Source: Actinomycetota bacterium
Lineage (GTDB): Bacteria > Actinomycetota > Acidimicrobiia > Acidimicrobiales > Ilumatobacteraceae
Direction of reading: 5' to 3'
Length of the DNA: 45,959 nt
NCBI GenBank assembly: GCA_043746045.1
Contig: JAYTRT010000236.1
Coordinates: 1-45,959 of the forward strand
The notes under the pieces are model-generated. The model worked only from the letters and a program-made list of their open reading frames with translations, was not told the DNA's origin and searched no databases. The position numbers and the translations under genes are program-made. Of the stretch, positions 8,420 through 18,152 are shown piece by piece. Positions within the stretch are counted from its first letter, which is position 1, and the number at the start of each line of letters is the position of its first letter.

Positions 8420-9106
8420 TCAATCGTCGGTCCGCGGCGGGAGCGAGCTCACCACCTGGTGGAGCTTCTGCATCCGCTGATCGAGATGAGCGGCAGTATT
8501 GGCCGCCTCGGTCAGTTCTTCCAGGAGCGCAGCCGGCACGTCGCGGTTGTATTTGAAATAGATCTTGTGTTCGAGGCTTGCCCAGAAGTCCATTGCAACG
8601 GTACGGAACTGCATCTCCACGAACACGTTCTCGGTCCCCGTGGAGAGGAACACCGGGATCTGCACAATGGCGTGCAGGCTCTGGTATCCGTTGGGCTTCG
8701 GGTTGGCGATGTAGTCCTTGATGTCGATCACCGTGACATCCGTCTGGCCGGTGAGCAGGTCGAAGATCGTGTACACGTCGGAAACGAAGCTGCAGGTGAG
8801 CCGGACACCGGCGATGTCGAAGATGTTCTCGCGGATTTCGTCGAGTGAGCGTGCGCAGTCCCGGTGACGGGCCTTGGCCATGATGCTGCCGGCCGTCTTG
8901 AGTCGCGTGTTGACGTGCTCGATCGGGTTGTACGCGTGGAGGTGGGTGAACTCCTCGCGCAAGATGTTGACCTTGGTGGTCACCTCGTCGATCGCGAACT
9001 TGTAGATCATCAGGAATCGCGTGAACTCGCTCCGGCCCGCTGGAAGATCGTCAGGCTCGACGTGATCCCGGATGTTCCGGTTGATCGTCGGTTCCGTGAC
9101 TGCCAT
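8420..9106 (-). CDS. small alarmone synthetase (RelQ/RelP/YwaC-type GTP pyrophosphokinase)
   Basis: Inner ATG (MAVTEPTINRN...) with a GGGAGA SD. Close motif-by-motif resemblance to RelQ/YwaC: IFDIAGVRLTCSF, KDYIANPKPNGYQSLH, EMQFRTVAMDFWASLEHKIYFKY. Confidence 0.85.
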   Translation of the reverse strand: MAVTEPTINRNIRDHVEPDDLPAGRSEFTRFLMIYKFAIDEVTTKVNILREEFTHLHAYNPIEHVNTRLKTAGSIMAKARHRDCARSLDEIRENIFDIAGVRLTCSFVSDVYTIFDLLTGQTDVTVIDIKDYIANPKPNGYQSLHAIVQIPVFLSTGTENVFVEMQFRTVAMDFWASLEHKIYFKYNRDVPAALLEELTEAANTAAHLDQRMQKLHQVVSSLPPRTDD

Positions 9107-9108
9107 GA

Positions 9109-9939
9109 TCAATCTCCCGGGGTCGTCGTCCGAGCATCGTACGTGGCCTTCGTCGAGCGCCGACCGCGGGCGAAGGGGCGCCATGCGCCGGCAGGTTGAG
9201 CGAGACGGTCGGCGATGACCGCCAGCGCTCTGGGATTGTGGCCGAGGCCACAGTGACTGCCGATCACGCGCACGTTCTCGGCGTCGGGTCGGCTGCCGGG
9301 AACATCGACGCAGGACTGCCACGGGACGATGCCGTCGCCCTTCGTGTAGATCGCGGTGGTGGGTACCGGCACGGGAACTCGTTCCAGCTCGGGCTCGCGC
9401 AGGGCATCGACTCGCAGGCTGTGGAATGTCGCCAGCATGTTGTAGAGGCCGCCCGCGTTCGACGTTTCCCGGTCATCCATCGCGAACGGGCTACCGAGCG
9501 TGATCACCTGACGGACGGCGTCGGCATGCCGGCGGGCCATCTCACGGGCGTAGATGCCGCCGAGACTCCAGCCGATGATGCTGATCGGTGCGTCGTGAGA
9601 CGCGTGCAACGATTCGATCCGCGCAGTCATGCCGTCGAGAATGCGGTCGGTCGGTCCGATGTTGACACCGAGCCGCCAACCGTGCGCGTGATAGCCGAGA
9701 TCGCGCAGGTACCACCGCAACGTACGGGTCGAATTGTCACTGGCCATGAAGCCCGGGAACACCAGTACTGCGTGACCGTCACCCTGCGGCGCGCGTCGAA
9801 GCAGCGGCAGCAATGCTCCCATCGTGCCCAATTCGAACGTGGCTCGCGCTGCCTCGGTGAACAGCAGCTGTGGTCCGGGCCGACGCATCGTGCGCTGCTC
9901 CTGATCGATCGGCCCTGTCGTGCCTCGTGTCGCACCCAT
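9109..9939 (-). CDS. alpha/beta fold hydrolase
   Basis: Nucleophile elbow GWSLGG and C-terminal GSHCGLGHN. Its stop is 2 nt from the alarmone synthetase start, so the two are in one operon. An alternative start is the ATG at 9888. Confidence 0.7.
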   Translation of the reverse strand: MGATRGTTGPIDQEQRTMRRPGPQLLFTEAARATFELGTMGALLPLLRRAPQGDGHAVLVFPGFMASDNSTRTLRWYLRDLGYHAHGWRLGVNIGPTDRILDGMTARIESLHASHDAPISIIGWSLGGIYAREMARRHADAVRQVITLGSPFAMDDRETSNAGGLYNMLATFHSLRVDALREPELERVPVPVPTTAIYTKGDGIVPWQSCVDVPGSRPDAENVRVIGSHCGLGHNPRALAVIADRLAQPAGAWRPFARGRRSTKATYDARTTTPGD

Positions 9940-9966
9940 GTTGCGGAACCCCCGGTTCGGTGACCG

Positions 9967-11616
9967 TCAGACGATCGAGGCGCCTCGTTGCGCCCGGTAC
10001 CACTCGATCAGCGCATTGGTCGAACTGTCGTGCGAGCCGGCTGGCGAGTCGGCACCGGTGAGCTCGGGGGTGATCCGATTCGCCAGTGCCTTCCCCAATT
10101 CAACACCCCACTGGTCGAAAGAGTTGACATCCCAAACGCATCCCTGCACGAAGACCTTGTGCTCGTACAGTGCGATCAGCTCGCCGAGGATCCTCGGCGT
10201 CAACCGTTGGGCGAGGATCGTGGTGGTCGGACGGTTACCGGTGAACGTGCGATGCGGCACCTGCGCGGCAGGAATGCCCTCGGCTTCGGCCTGCGCCGCC
10301 GTCTTGCCGAATGCCAACGCTTCGGTCTGCGCGAACAGGTTGGCCATCAGCAGATCGTGATGGTCCCGGTACGGATGGTTCGGGTCGGCGAAGCCGATCA
10401 TGTCCACCGGCACCAGTCGCGTGCCCTGATGCAGCAATTGGTAGAAGGCATGCTGGCCGTTCGTCCCCGGTTCGCCCCACACGATCGAACCGGTGTCGAT
10501 GGTGACCGGTGAACCGTCGCGATGCACACCCTTGCCGTTGCTCTCCATGTCGAGTTGTTGGAGATACGCGGAGAAGCGGCTCAGTTCGTGCGCATAGGGC
10601 ATCACGCCCTGGCTCTGCGCGCCGAGCACGTTGCTGTTCCACACACCGATCATGCCCATCAGAACGGGAACGTTCTCGGCCAACGGGGCCGTCCGGAAGT
10701 GCTGATCCATGGCGTGGAAGCCACCGAGGAACTCGGCGAACGCATCGGGCCCGATCGAAATCATCAACGAGAGGCCGATCGCCGAATCGACCGAGTACCG
10801 GCCGCCGACCCAGTCCCAGAAACCGAACATGTTGTCGGTGTCGATTCCGAACGCGGCCACCTTCTCGGCGTTGGTGGAGACGGCGACGAAGTGCTTGGCG
10901 ACCGCCGACTGGTCGCCACCGAACGCAGCGAGCAACCAGTCCCGCGCCGTTCCGGCGTTGGTCAGGGTCTCGATGGTCGTGAACGTCTTCGACGAGATGA
11001 CGAACATCGTCGTGGCCGGATCGATGTCGGCGATGTTCTGGGCGATGTCGGCACCGTCGACGTTGGAGACGAAACGGCACTCGATCTCGGGGTGTTTGAA
11101 GGCGTGGAGCCCTTTGTACGCCATAGCCGGGCCGAGATCGCTGCCGCCGATACCGATGTTGATGACGGTGCGGATTCGTTGTCCGGTGTGACCGACCCAT
11201 TCGCCACCACGGACACGACGTGCGAAAGTGCCCATCCGGTCGAGGGTCTCGTGGACGTCGGGCACCACGTTGTGGGCATGTCCGAATTCGTCGAACACGT
11301 TGACAACGGCGCCGCGGGGGGCGCGCAGTGCTGTGTGTAAGACGGCTCGGTCCTCGGTGGTGTTGATCTTCTCGCCGGCGAACATCGCGTCGCGTCGACG
11401 CTCGACATCGGCGGTCGCAGCCACTTCGAGCAACAGTCGAAGAGTCTCCGATGTGATCCGCTGTTTCGAGAAATCGAGTCGGAGATCGGCGGCGCTCGTC
11501 GTGAAGGTCGCGGCACGGTGAGGGTCGGCGGCGAACAGCTCGCGCAGGTGGGCGACGGGCGAATCATGATGATGGGTGAGCAGTGCGTCCCACGCCGAAG
11601 TAACGGTGATGTCCAC
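9967..11616 (-). CDS. pgi: glucose-6-phosphate isomerase
   Basis: 549 aa with full-length resemblance to Pgi: [33 protein letters not shown]. Confidence 0.95.
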   Translation of the reverse strand: MDITVTSAWDALLTHHHDSPVAHLRELFAADPHRAATFTTSAADLRLDFSKQRITSETLRLLLEVAATADVERRRDAMFAGEKINTTEDRAVLHTALRAPRGAVVNVFDEFGHAHNVVPDVHETLDRMGTFARRVRGGEWVGHTGQRIRTVINIGIGGSDLGPAMAYKGLHAFKHPEIECRFVSNVDGADIAQNIADIDPATTMFVISSKTFTTIETLTNAGTARDWLLAAFGGDQSAVAKHFVAVSTNAEKVAAFGIDTDNMFGFWDWVGGRYSVDSAIGLSLMISIGPDAFAEFLGGFHAMDQHFRTAPLAENVPVLMGMIGVWNSNVLGAQSQGVMPYAHELSRFSAYLQQLDMESNGKGVHRDGSPVTIDTGSIVWGEPGTNGQHAFYQLLHQGTRLVPVDMIGFADPNHPYRDHHDLLMANLFAQTEALAFGKTAAQAEAEGIPAAQVPHRTFTGNRPTTTILAQRLTPRILGELIALYEHKVFVQGCVWDVNSFDQWGVELGKALANRITPELTGADSPAGSHDSSTNALIEWYRAQRGASIV

Positions 11617-11626
11617 GTCGGCGACC

Positions 11627-12319
11627 CTAATGCGGCAGTTCGGCAGCCGACAGTTCGCCGGCGGCCGCGGTGTCGATGATCAGCGTCGTGTCCGTCCGCT
11701 TGACCCGTTCGATCGGCAGTCTGCCGGCACGCCGCAGCCATCCCGCGAGTGGGGCGGCCTTGGCCGTTCCCACCGCCAGCACCATTCTCGACCGTGCTCC
11801 GTTGACGACGGCCGGGGTCACCGTCATCCGGATACAACCGTTGAACATGCCGCTGACCCCGACCAGCCCCGGCGCATCGATCACGTCATCGCCGGGAGGC
11901 CACGAGGCAGTGTGTCCGTCATCGCCGAGACCGAGATGGACGATGTCGAGTGGTTGATCGCCGAGCTTCGCGGCATAGGCGGCCGCTGCACGCGACAGCG
12001 ATTTGGCGGTCACGGGCATGAGATGGACATTCGCCTTCCGAACCGGAACGAGGTCGGTGAGGTGTGATGTCAATTGACCGGCGTTGCGTTGCGGATCGCC
12101 ATCCGGGGCGACCCGCTCGTCGACTTGGAAGACATGGACCGACGACCACGGCAGATCCATTGTCGCCAGATCGTCGAACATCAGTGCAGGGGTCGACCCG
12201 CCGCTGACGGCGAGCCGGCACTGACCGCGCAGTCGGACAGCCGATGTGATCCGGCGCGCCATCCATTCGGCGGCGGTGGAGGCGGCGTGCTGTGGGCTGT
12301 CGACGACGACGATCTTCAT
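11627..12319 (-). CDS. pgl: 6-phosphogluconolactonase
   Basis: 230 aa with [16 protein letters not shown] and [11 protein letters not shown] motifs. Lies immediately upstream of pgi on the same strand. Confidence 0.85.
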   Translation of the reverse strand: MKIVVVDSPQHAASTAAEWMARRITSAVRLRGQCRLAVSGGSTPALMFDDLATMDLPWSSVHVFQVDERVAPDGDPQRNAGQLTSHLTDLVPVRKANVHLMPVTAKSLSRAAAAYAAKLGDQPLDIVHLGLGDDGHTASWPPGDDVIDAPGLVGVSGMFNGCIRMTVTPAVVNGARSRMVLAVGTAKAAPLAGWLRRAGRLPIERVKRTDTTLIIDTAAAGELSAAELPH

Positions 12320-12372
12320 CTCGTCAAATTGCCATACGGACGACGCTCGTGCACGACGGATAGCGTCCGAGC

Positions 12373-12822
12373 GTGAGTCGACTCGAAGATGTTGGTGCAG
12401 CAGACGGCTGGCGATGCTGGTTGTGTGACGAGCCGGTTGATCCGGCGATGAACGTCAACGACGGTCGCGGCCCGAGCATCGACAGTCTGACCACGGCCAA
12501 GAAGGCCAAGGGCAAGTCCTCGGCGGTCGGTGTCGAACGACTCGCGCACCGGTACTGCAATACCCGCAAGGGCGCAATCGCAGCGGTCGTGCGCTGGCCT
12601 GAGCATCTCTTCGTGATCGATCCGGCGCCCATCTTCACCAGCGTCGAGCGGTTGCAGCGCAAGGCCGGCCGAGAGATCATGGCTCGCTGTCCGACGAGAG
12701 CCGACGCCGACGAAGCCGCGGCGTGGCTGGCTGACCGCGTCTCTCGGCTGTCACCTGAACTCGGCGCCGTTGCCGAGGTCGAGCCCGGCGCCGGTCAATT
12801 CCTGGTCGTGCTCCGCGCCTGA
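12373..12822 (+). CDS. small HNH-like protein (possibly degenerate HNH nuclease)
   Basis: CWLCDEP ... SIDSL ... LAHRYCNTRKG resembles a CxxC...DH...HxxCNxxKG HNH finger, but Ser occupies the place of the catalytic His. Function unknown. Confidence 0.5.
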   Translation: MSRLEDVGAADGWRCWLCDEPVDPAMNVNDGRGPSIDSLTTAKKAKGKSSAVGVERLAHRYCNTRKGAIAAVVRWPEHLFVIDPAPIFTSVERLQRKAGREIMARCPTRADADEAAAWLADRVSRLSPELGAVAEVEPGAGQFLVVLRA

Positions 12823-12871
12823 GATGGCCGACCGCACCTGGCTGACGTGAGCTGCCGGCGGACTGCCGGAT

Positions 12872-13531
12872 TCAGCCCAGCGACGCCCGATACGACTCGA
12901 GCCGGTCGACCAGTTCGCGTGGCCGACCGAACGCAGGGAGATGACCACCGTCCATCTCGTCCGGAACAATGCCGAGCCGGTCTCGGACGACGCGACGTTG
13001 GAACTCCGCGGGGAAGAAGCGGTCGTCGCGACACAGCAGGAACCGGGTCGGCACGTCGGGCCACGCGTCGAGCGACCACGGCTTCTCGAACGGCCGACCA
13101 GCCTGCGCCTTTTGCGGATGCGAGAACACCTCTGACACGACATCGTCCGGCACGCCGTTGAAGAAGTCGACCAGCGGATCGAACTCGCCGACGCCGGTCC
13201 GGTTCCAGCCGGTGTTCTGCCACCAGTCCCCGGGGGCTTCGCCGGGCGCCGGCACCATCGCCGCGACCATCACGAGGAGCTCTGCGGGCACACGTGCACA
13301 GACCAGCGGCGCAGTCATCCCACCCAAGGATTGGCCGACGACGACGAGACCCGAGCGACCGCCGATCGCGTCGACGACCACGTCGGCGTAGTCGTCCAGG
13401 TCAGCCGACTCGTCGTCACACGGCAGGTCGGGCGCGACGACATCGTGGCCGAGCTCTTCCAGCAGCGGGGTCACCCAATGCCAGGAGAAACTGTCGGAGC
13501 CTGCTCCGTGAATCAGGACGTATGTGCTCAT
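12872..13531 (-). CDS. alpha/beta hydrolase (methylesterase-like)
   Basis: YVLIHGAGSDSFSW, GQSLGG and a C-terminal DGGHLP motif in a 219 aa product. Confidence 0.75.
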   Translation of the reverse strand: MSTYVLIHGAGSDSFSWHWVTPLLEELGHDVVAPDLPCDDESADLDDYADVVVDAIGGRSGLVVVGQSLGGMTAPLVCARVPAELLVMVAAMVPAPGEAPGDWWQNTGWNRTGVGEFDPLVDFFNGVPDDVVSEVFSHPQKAQAGRPFEKPWSLDAWPDVPTRFLLCRDDRFFPAEFQRRVVRDRLGIVPDEMDGGHLPAFGRPRELVDRLESYRASLG

Positions 13532-13570
13532 CGCGATCGAGACGCCGGGCGACGCAAGAACTGAGCGCGA

Positions 13571-14698
13571 TCAGAGCCTTCTCGCTCGAAAATGCGGGAT
13601 CACGTGCTCGCCCCACTGACGGATTGTCTCCATACCGACATCGTGGGAGACGGTGCCCATCTGGGTCAGGCACAGGATCTCGTCGGCACCGGCGTCGACC
13701 AGTCGCTCGGCGTACTCGATCGCGTTGCGCCAGTCGCCATACGCGTGATCGGGTGGTGTGTACAGAGCCGTTGCCGCCGGCGTCAGGGGAATGTTCATCT
13801 CGCTGAGCCGGGCTGCGACGATCCGCATGTCCTGCTTCATCGCCTCGACGTTGTCACCCGCGTCGATGGCCAGTTCCGGCGGATCACCCGTGCCGTACCA
13901 GTGATGGATCGCTTCGGCGAAGAACCGCTGACCGCGAGTTCCGATCCGGAATGCCTCGTCCTTGTCGTCGAGCACGATCGTCGGGCACAGCGCCGCAAAG
14001 TGATCGTTGGGATGATCGCTGACGAACCGTTCTCCTGTTCGTGTCGCGATGGCCTCGTCGTAGATCTTGCGCAACCCGGCGATCTCGTCGGGACCGCCGA
14101 AACCGAGCACGAGCGCACCGACGCCCATGTCGGCCGCGAGCCGAACCGTGTCCTGCTTGGTGCAGGCGATGTGCAGTGGTGGGTGCGGCATCTGCACCGG
14201 GTGCGGCGTGATCGGCCGATTCGGAACGTCCAACCGGTCGGTGTGCCACTCGAACCGCTCCTCGCGCCAGATGGTGGAGAGGATCCGCAGCGTCTCCTCC
14301 AACTCCGGATAGGTGTCCTCGACGTTCACTCCGAACAGGCCCGTCTCCTGGCGCGTTGCACCTCGGCCGCCCCCGACCTCGAGCCTGCCACCGGACAGGA
14401 CATCGAGCATCGCCAGTCGCTCGGCGACGCGCACCGGGTGATTGAAGCCGAACGGCATCAACACGCAGCCATGGCCGATGCGAACTCGTCGGGTACGGGC
14501 GGCGACGAACGACAGGAAGATCTCCGGTGCGCTCATGTGCGAGTACCAGGTCAGGGCGTGGTGTTCCACCGCCCAGATCGCGTCGAAACCCATTTCCTCG
14601 GCGAAGACCGCTTCGTCGACGCAGTGACGCAGCACACGCTGCTCGTTGGCCGGTGATGCATCGTTCATCTGAGCTTCGAAGATCAACGAGAAGCGCAT
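13571..14698 (-). CDS. LLM class (luciferase-like) flavin/F420-dependent oxidoreductase
   Basis: MRFSLIFE..., EEMGFDAIWAVEHH and SGGRLEVGGGRG are typical of luciferase-like monooxygenases. Confidence 0.85.
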   Translation of the reverse strand: MRFSLIFEAQMNDASPANEQRVLRHCVDEAVFAEEMGFDAIWAVEHHALTWYSHMSAPEIFLSFVAARTRRVRIGHGCVLMPFGFNHPVRVAERLAMLDVLSGGRLEVGGGRGATRQETGLFGVNVEDTYPELEETLRILSTIWREERFEWHTDRLDVPNRPITPHPVQMPHPPLHIACTKQDTVRLAADMGVGALVLGFGGPDEIAGLRKIYDEAIATRTGERFVSDHPNDHFAALCPTIVLDDKDEAFRIGTRGQRFFAEAIHHWYGTGDPPELAIDAGDNVEAMKQDMRIVAARLSEMNIPLTPAATALYTPPDHAYGDWRNAIEYAERLVDAGADEILCLTQMGTVSHDVGMETIRQWGEHVIPHFRARRL

Positions 14699-14787
14699 GA
14701 TCAGGTTCCTTCCGAGGGACAGTTCATTTCGTTGTAGTTCTAATTGAGCTATTGTCGGTTGTCAACGTGAACACTGGAGGGATGCTG

Positions 14788-15549
14788 ATGCGGTTGCACG
14801 ACAAGGTTGCGATCATCACGGGCGCGGGCAATGGCATGGGCGCCGCACACGCCAGACGGTTCGTCACAGAGGGTGCGTTCGTCGTCCTGACAGATGTCGA
14901 CGCCCACGCTGGGCAGGATCTGGCCGACGAGCTGGGGGACCGGAGCCGATTCGTCCGCCACGACGTCTCCAGCGAGGACGATTGGCAGCGGGTGGTCGAC
15001 GCCGCCGAGGACACGTTCGGCGGATTGGACATCGTCGTCAACAACGCAGGCGTGCACTGGACCACGGCGATCGAGGACGAGACGGTCGACGGGTTTCGGC
15101 GGGCGATCGACATCAATCTGATCGGCACGTTCCTCGGAATTCGTACCGCGATCGCGCCGATGCGCCGACGTCGAGGCGGAGCGATCGTCAACATCAGCTC
15201 GCTGGCCGGAACGACGGGCCTCGGCTGGCATGGCGCCTACGGGGCCTCGAAATGGGGGGTTCGCGGGCTCAGCCGCACCGCAGCCGCTGAACTCGGCGGC
15301 GATGGCATCAGGGTCAACGCGATCATGCCAGGCGCGATCAGCACCTCGATGCTGCCGCCCGATCGCGAGGGACTCGGCGATGCCCGCTTCGCCAGGTTGC
15401 CACTGGGCCGAGCCGGACGCCCGGACGAGGTCAGCTCACTCGTCGTCTTCCTCGCCTCGGACGAATCGTCGTACATCACCGGCGGCGAGTACCTCGTCGA
15501 CGGCGGCAGTGCGGCCGGACCGCCACTCACACCACGGCCGGCTCGCTGA
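14788..15549 (+). CDS. SDR family oxidoreductase (3-alpha/20-beta-HSD-like)
   Basis: TGAGNGMG, NNAG and YGASK motifs. Start chosen at the ATG 6 nt after GGAGGG; the track ORF begins at 14752. Confidence 0.85.
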   Translation: MRLHDKVAIITGAGNGMGAAHARRFVTEGAFVVLTDVDAHAGQDLADELGDRSRFVRHDVSSEDDWQRVVDAAEDTFGGLDIVVNNAGVHWTTAIEDETVDGFRRAIDINLIGTFLGIRTAIAPMRRRRGGAIVNISSLAGTTGLGWHGAYGASKWGVRGLSRTAAAELGGDGIRVNAIMPGAISTSMLPPDREGLGDARFARLPLGRAGRPDEVSSLVVFLASDESSYITGGEYLVDGGSAAGPPLTPRPAR

Positions 15550-16115
15550 TGGAACCGGCCTCCGCCCTGCCGAACACGGCGTGGGCTGTGCTGGGGATGC
15601 TCTCGTTCGGACGCGAACTGAGCGGCTACGACCTCAAGAAATGGGCCGACAACTCGTTGCGGTTCTTCTACTGGAGTCCGGCATCGAGCCAGATCTACGC
15701 CGAGCTCCGCCGTCTCGAGAAGGCCGGTCTGGTCACATCGCAGATCGCCGCCCAGGACGACCTCCGCAACAAACGACTGTTCACGATCACCCCCGCCGGG
15801 ACAGCGGCCATCACCGATTGGGTCCAGCATTCGCCCGTCGATCCACCCGTGCTGAAGCACGGTGTCGCGCTGCGCGCATGGCTCGGTCATCTCGCCGACC
15901 CCGTTCAGCTACGCGTGGTCGTCTCCGCGCATCGGGACAATTCGGCTCGGTTGGCCGCCGAAGCAGCACACGCCGCCGACACTGCCGCAGACACCGACGG
16001 GTGGGAATTCCCGGCACTCGTCAACCGGTGGAGCCAACGCTACTACGAGAGTGAACAACAGTTGGCCGACGGGATGCTCGCCGATCTCGACCGATTGAAC
16101 AGCCGTCACCGGTAG
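15549..16115 (+). CDS. PadR family transcriptional regulator
   Basis: Winged-helix core AWAVLGMLSFGRELSGYDLKKW...IYAELRRLEKAGLV. TGATG overlap with the SDR gene. Confidence 0.8.
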   Translation: MEPASALPNTAWAVLGMLSFGRELSGYDLKKWADNSLRFFYWSPASSQIYAELRRLEKAGLVTSQIAAQDDLRNKRLFTITPAGTAAITDWVQHSPVDPPVLKHGVALRAWLGHLADPVQLRVVVSAHRDNSARLAAEAAHAADTAADTDGWEFPALVNRWSQRYYESEQQLADGMLADLDRLNSRHR

Positions 16116-16135
16116 CGGCGTCGTACTGTACGCCC

Positions 16136-16780
16136 ATGCCTGAATCCTTCGACCTCGCCCAGACCGACCGTCTGCTGACGACCACGCGCGCTGTTCGCAA
16201 GCGCCTCGATCTGACCCGCCCGGTCGGACGCGACCTGATCACCGAATGCATCCGCATCGCGACCCAAGCCCCCGCCGGCGGGAACGTGCAGCGATGGCGA
16301 TGGATCGTGGTCGACGATCCGGCGCTGAAGCTCGGGGTCGCCGAATTGTACCGCAAGGCCTACGCGCCGTACATGGCGGCTCAACGCGAGGCCGTGCAGC
16401 AGACTGCGCGAACAGGCATCGGCGCCATCATGGACAGCTCGGATCATCTCGCCGCCGTGCTGCAGGACGTTCCGGCACTGGTCATTCCGTGCTGTCTCGG
16501 CGAGCCGTCCGGTTCACAGGGCATGGTGGCCGGCTACTACGGCAGCATCCTGCCGGCTGTCTGGAGCTTCATGCTCGCCGCACATTCACGCGGGCTCGGT
16601 ACCGCGTGGACAACACTGCATCTCGAGTACGAGGCAGAGGCTCGCCAGCTGTTGGGCATCCCGTCGACGGTGACCCAGGTCGCGATGACGCCCGTGGCGT
16701 ACTACACCGGGGACTCGTTCAAACCCGGAACTCGTCGTCCAGCGGAGGAGATCACGTACTTCAACGGCTGGAAGTCGTGA
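16136..16780 (+). CDS. nitroreductase family protein
   Basis: TTRAVRKRLDLTRPV...ATQAPAGGNVQRWRWIVV is the typical nitroreductase-fold N-terminus. 214 aa. Confidence 0.78.
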   Translation: MPESFDLAQTDRLLTTTRAVRKRLDLTRPVGRDLITECIRIATQAPAGGNVQRWRWIVVDDPALKLGVAELYRKAYAPYMAAQREAVQQTARTGIGAIMDSSDHLAAVLQDVPALVIPCCLGEPSGSQGMVAGYYGSILPAVWSFMLAAHSRGLGTAWTTLHLEYEAEARQLLGIPSTVTQVAMTPVAYYTGDSFKPGTRRPAEEITYFNGWKS

Positions 16781-16784
16781 CCGG

Positions 16785-17327
16785 ATGAAGTGGACCGTGC
16801 ACGGCGAGCGGATGATCTACGAGAGTCCGTGGGTCAACTTGGCGCTGGCCGACATCGAGATCCCCGGCGGGGCACGCTTCGATCACCACGTGATCCGGAT
16901 GCCAGCCGAGGCATCGGGCACTGTCATCGACGTCGCGGATCGCGGCGTGCTGTTGCTGTGGCGACACCGGTTCACCACCGACTCGTGGGGCTGGGAGATC
17001 CCCGCCGGGCGGATCGACGATGGTGAGACACCCATCGAGGCGGGAGCACGGGAAGCACTGGAGGAAACGGGTTGGCGACCAGGACCGCTGCACCCTCTCG
17101 GCCGCTACTTCCCCCACAACGGCTCCAGCGACGCCGTCTTCAACCTGTTCGTGACCGACTCAGCGACCTACGTCGGCGAGCCGTCCGATCCGAGCGAATC
17201 GGAACGGGTCGAGTGGGTGGAGTGGGCAAAGATCCGGGCCGAAATCGCCGCCGGCCGAATCGGAGATGGGCTGTCGCTGACAGCACTCCTCTGGGTCCTG
17301 ATGAACCGCAGCGCGTCGGCCGATTGA
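16785..17327 (+). CDS. NUDIX hydrolase (ADP-ribose pyrophosphatase-like)
   Basis: Nudix box GRIDDGETPIEAGAREALEETG. Confidence 0.82.
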   Translation: MKWTVHGERMIYESPWVNLALADIEIPGGARFDHHVIRMPAEASGTVIDVADRGVLLLWRHRFTTDSWGWEIPAGRIDDGETPIEAGAREALEETGWRPGPLHPLGRYFPHNGSSDAVFNLFVTDSATYVGEPSDPSESERVEWVEWAKIRAEIAAGRIGDGLSLTALLWVLMNRSASAD

Positions 17328-17368
17328 CGCGTCGACCGATTGACGCGTCGACCGATTGACGCGGCGAC
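17321..17368. repeat. 3 x 16 bp direct repeat (CGATTGACGCGTCGAC), each unit with the 8 bp palindrome GACGCGTC
   Basis: Read directly. It spans the NUDIX stop codon and the convergent intergenic gap before the TetR gene stop at 17388. Confidence 0.9.
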
Positions 17369-17387
17369 CGTGTGAGCCGCGGCGACG

Positions 17388-18044
17388 TCAGACGACGGGC
17401 AACCGACGCACGAGCGTGCCCTCGAGGAAGCGACGCAGCGCCCTCACAGCGGCCGCATGCCGATCCGCGTCCCCTCTGATCGTCGAGAAGATTGCCAGCC
17501 CCGAGATGACGATCGCGATGATGTCCTCGACCGCTTGCGGCTGAACTCCTTCGGCGAACTCACCGTTCACCTGCGCAGTCTCGACGAGATCACGGATGAA
17601 GCCCGCCGATCGCGCCGGCTGTGATGCGACCAGGCCGGCCAGTTCCGGATGCCGTTGGACCTCGATCGAGACCGTCACCAGGAAACCCCCGAGCGAGGCA
17701 TCGGTGCGGTTGAACTCGACCGCTGCATCGAGGACCCGCTCGAATCGTTCGGTCAGGTGTCCCGGACCGGACGCTGCTCGCTCGAATCCGTCGTAGACGA
17801 TGCTCTGGGTCTGGTCGAAAACTGCGGCGAACAGTTCGGCCTTCGACGGGAAGTAATGGTAGATCGCAGTACTCGTCACCCCGACGGCTTCAGCGATGCT
17901 GCGATTGGTGGTGGCACCGAAGCCGTCCCGGGCAAAGATCCGTCGTGCGCCCTCGAGCAGGGCGCGGCGGGTCTCCGTCGAATCGACGTCGCGGGGGCGA
18001 CCCAACGTCTTGGAGACGGGTGTACGCCGTGGCATCGCCGACAT
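17388..18044 (-). CDS. TetR/AcrR family transcriptional regulator
   Basis: HTH TNRSIAEAVGVTSTAIYHYFPSKAELF in a 218 aa product. Confidence 0.87.
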   Translation of the reverse strand: MSAMPRRTPVSKTLGRPRDVDSTETRRALLEGARRIFARDGFGATTNRSIAEAVGVTSTAIYHYFPSKAELFAAVFDQTQSIVYDGFERAASGPGHLTERFERVLDAAVEFNRTDASLGGFLVTVSIEVQRHPELAGLVASQPARSAGFIRDLVETAQVNGEFAEGVQPQAVEDIIAIVISGLAIFSTIRGDADRHAAAVRALRRFLEGTLVRRLPVV

Positions 18045-18152
18045 CTAACTCTTCGTGTCCGGCAACCCCGTAGTCGGAGCAATGGGCGCGAATGTCACCG
18101 CAGCTGGTCGGGCGATGTCCGCTCGGGGGCGAAGTGCTGCGAAGCTGACGAT

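Noticed and set aside
8420-9106. Alarmone synthetase as a toxSAS toxin with the adjacent hydrolase as antitoxin
   Set aside because: The sequence matches housekeeping RelQ/YwaC-type motifs along its whole length, and the partner is a 276 aa alpha/beta hydrolase rather than a small antitoxin or SAH. I cannot support a toxin-antitoxin call from the sequence alone.
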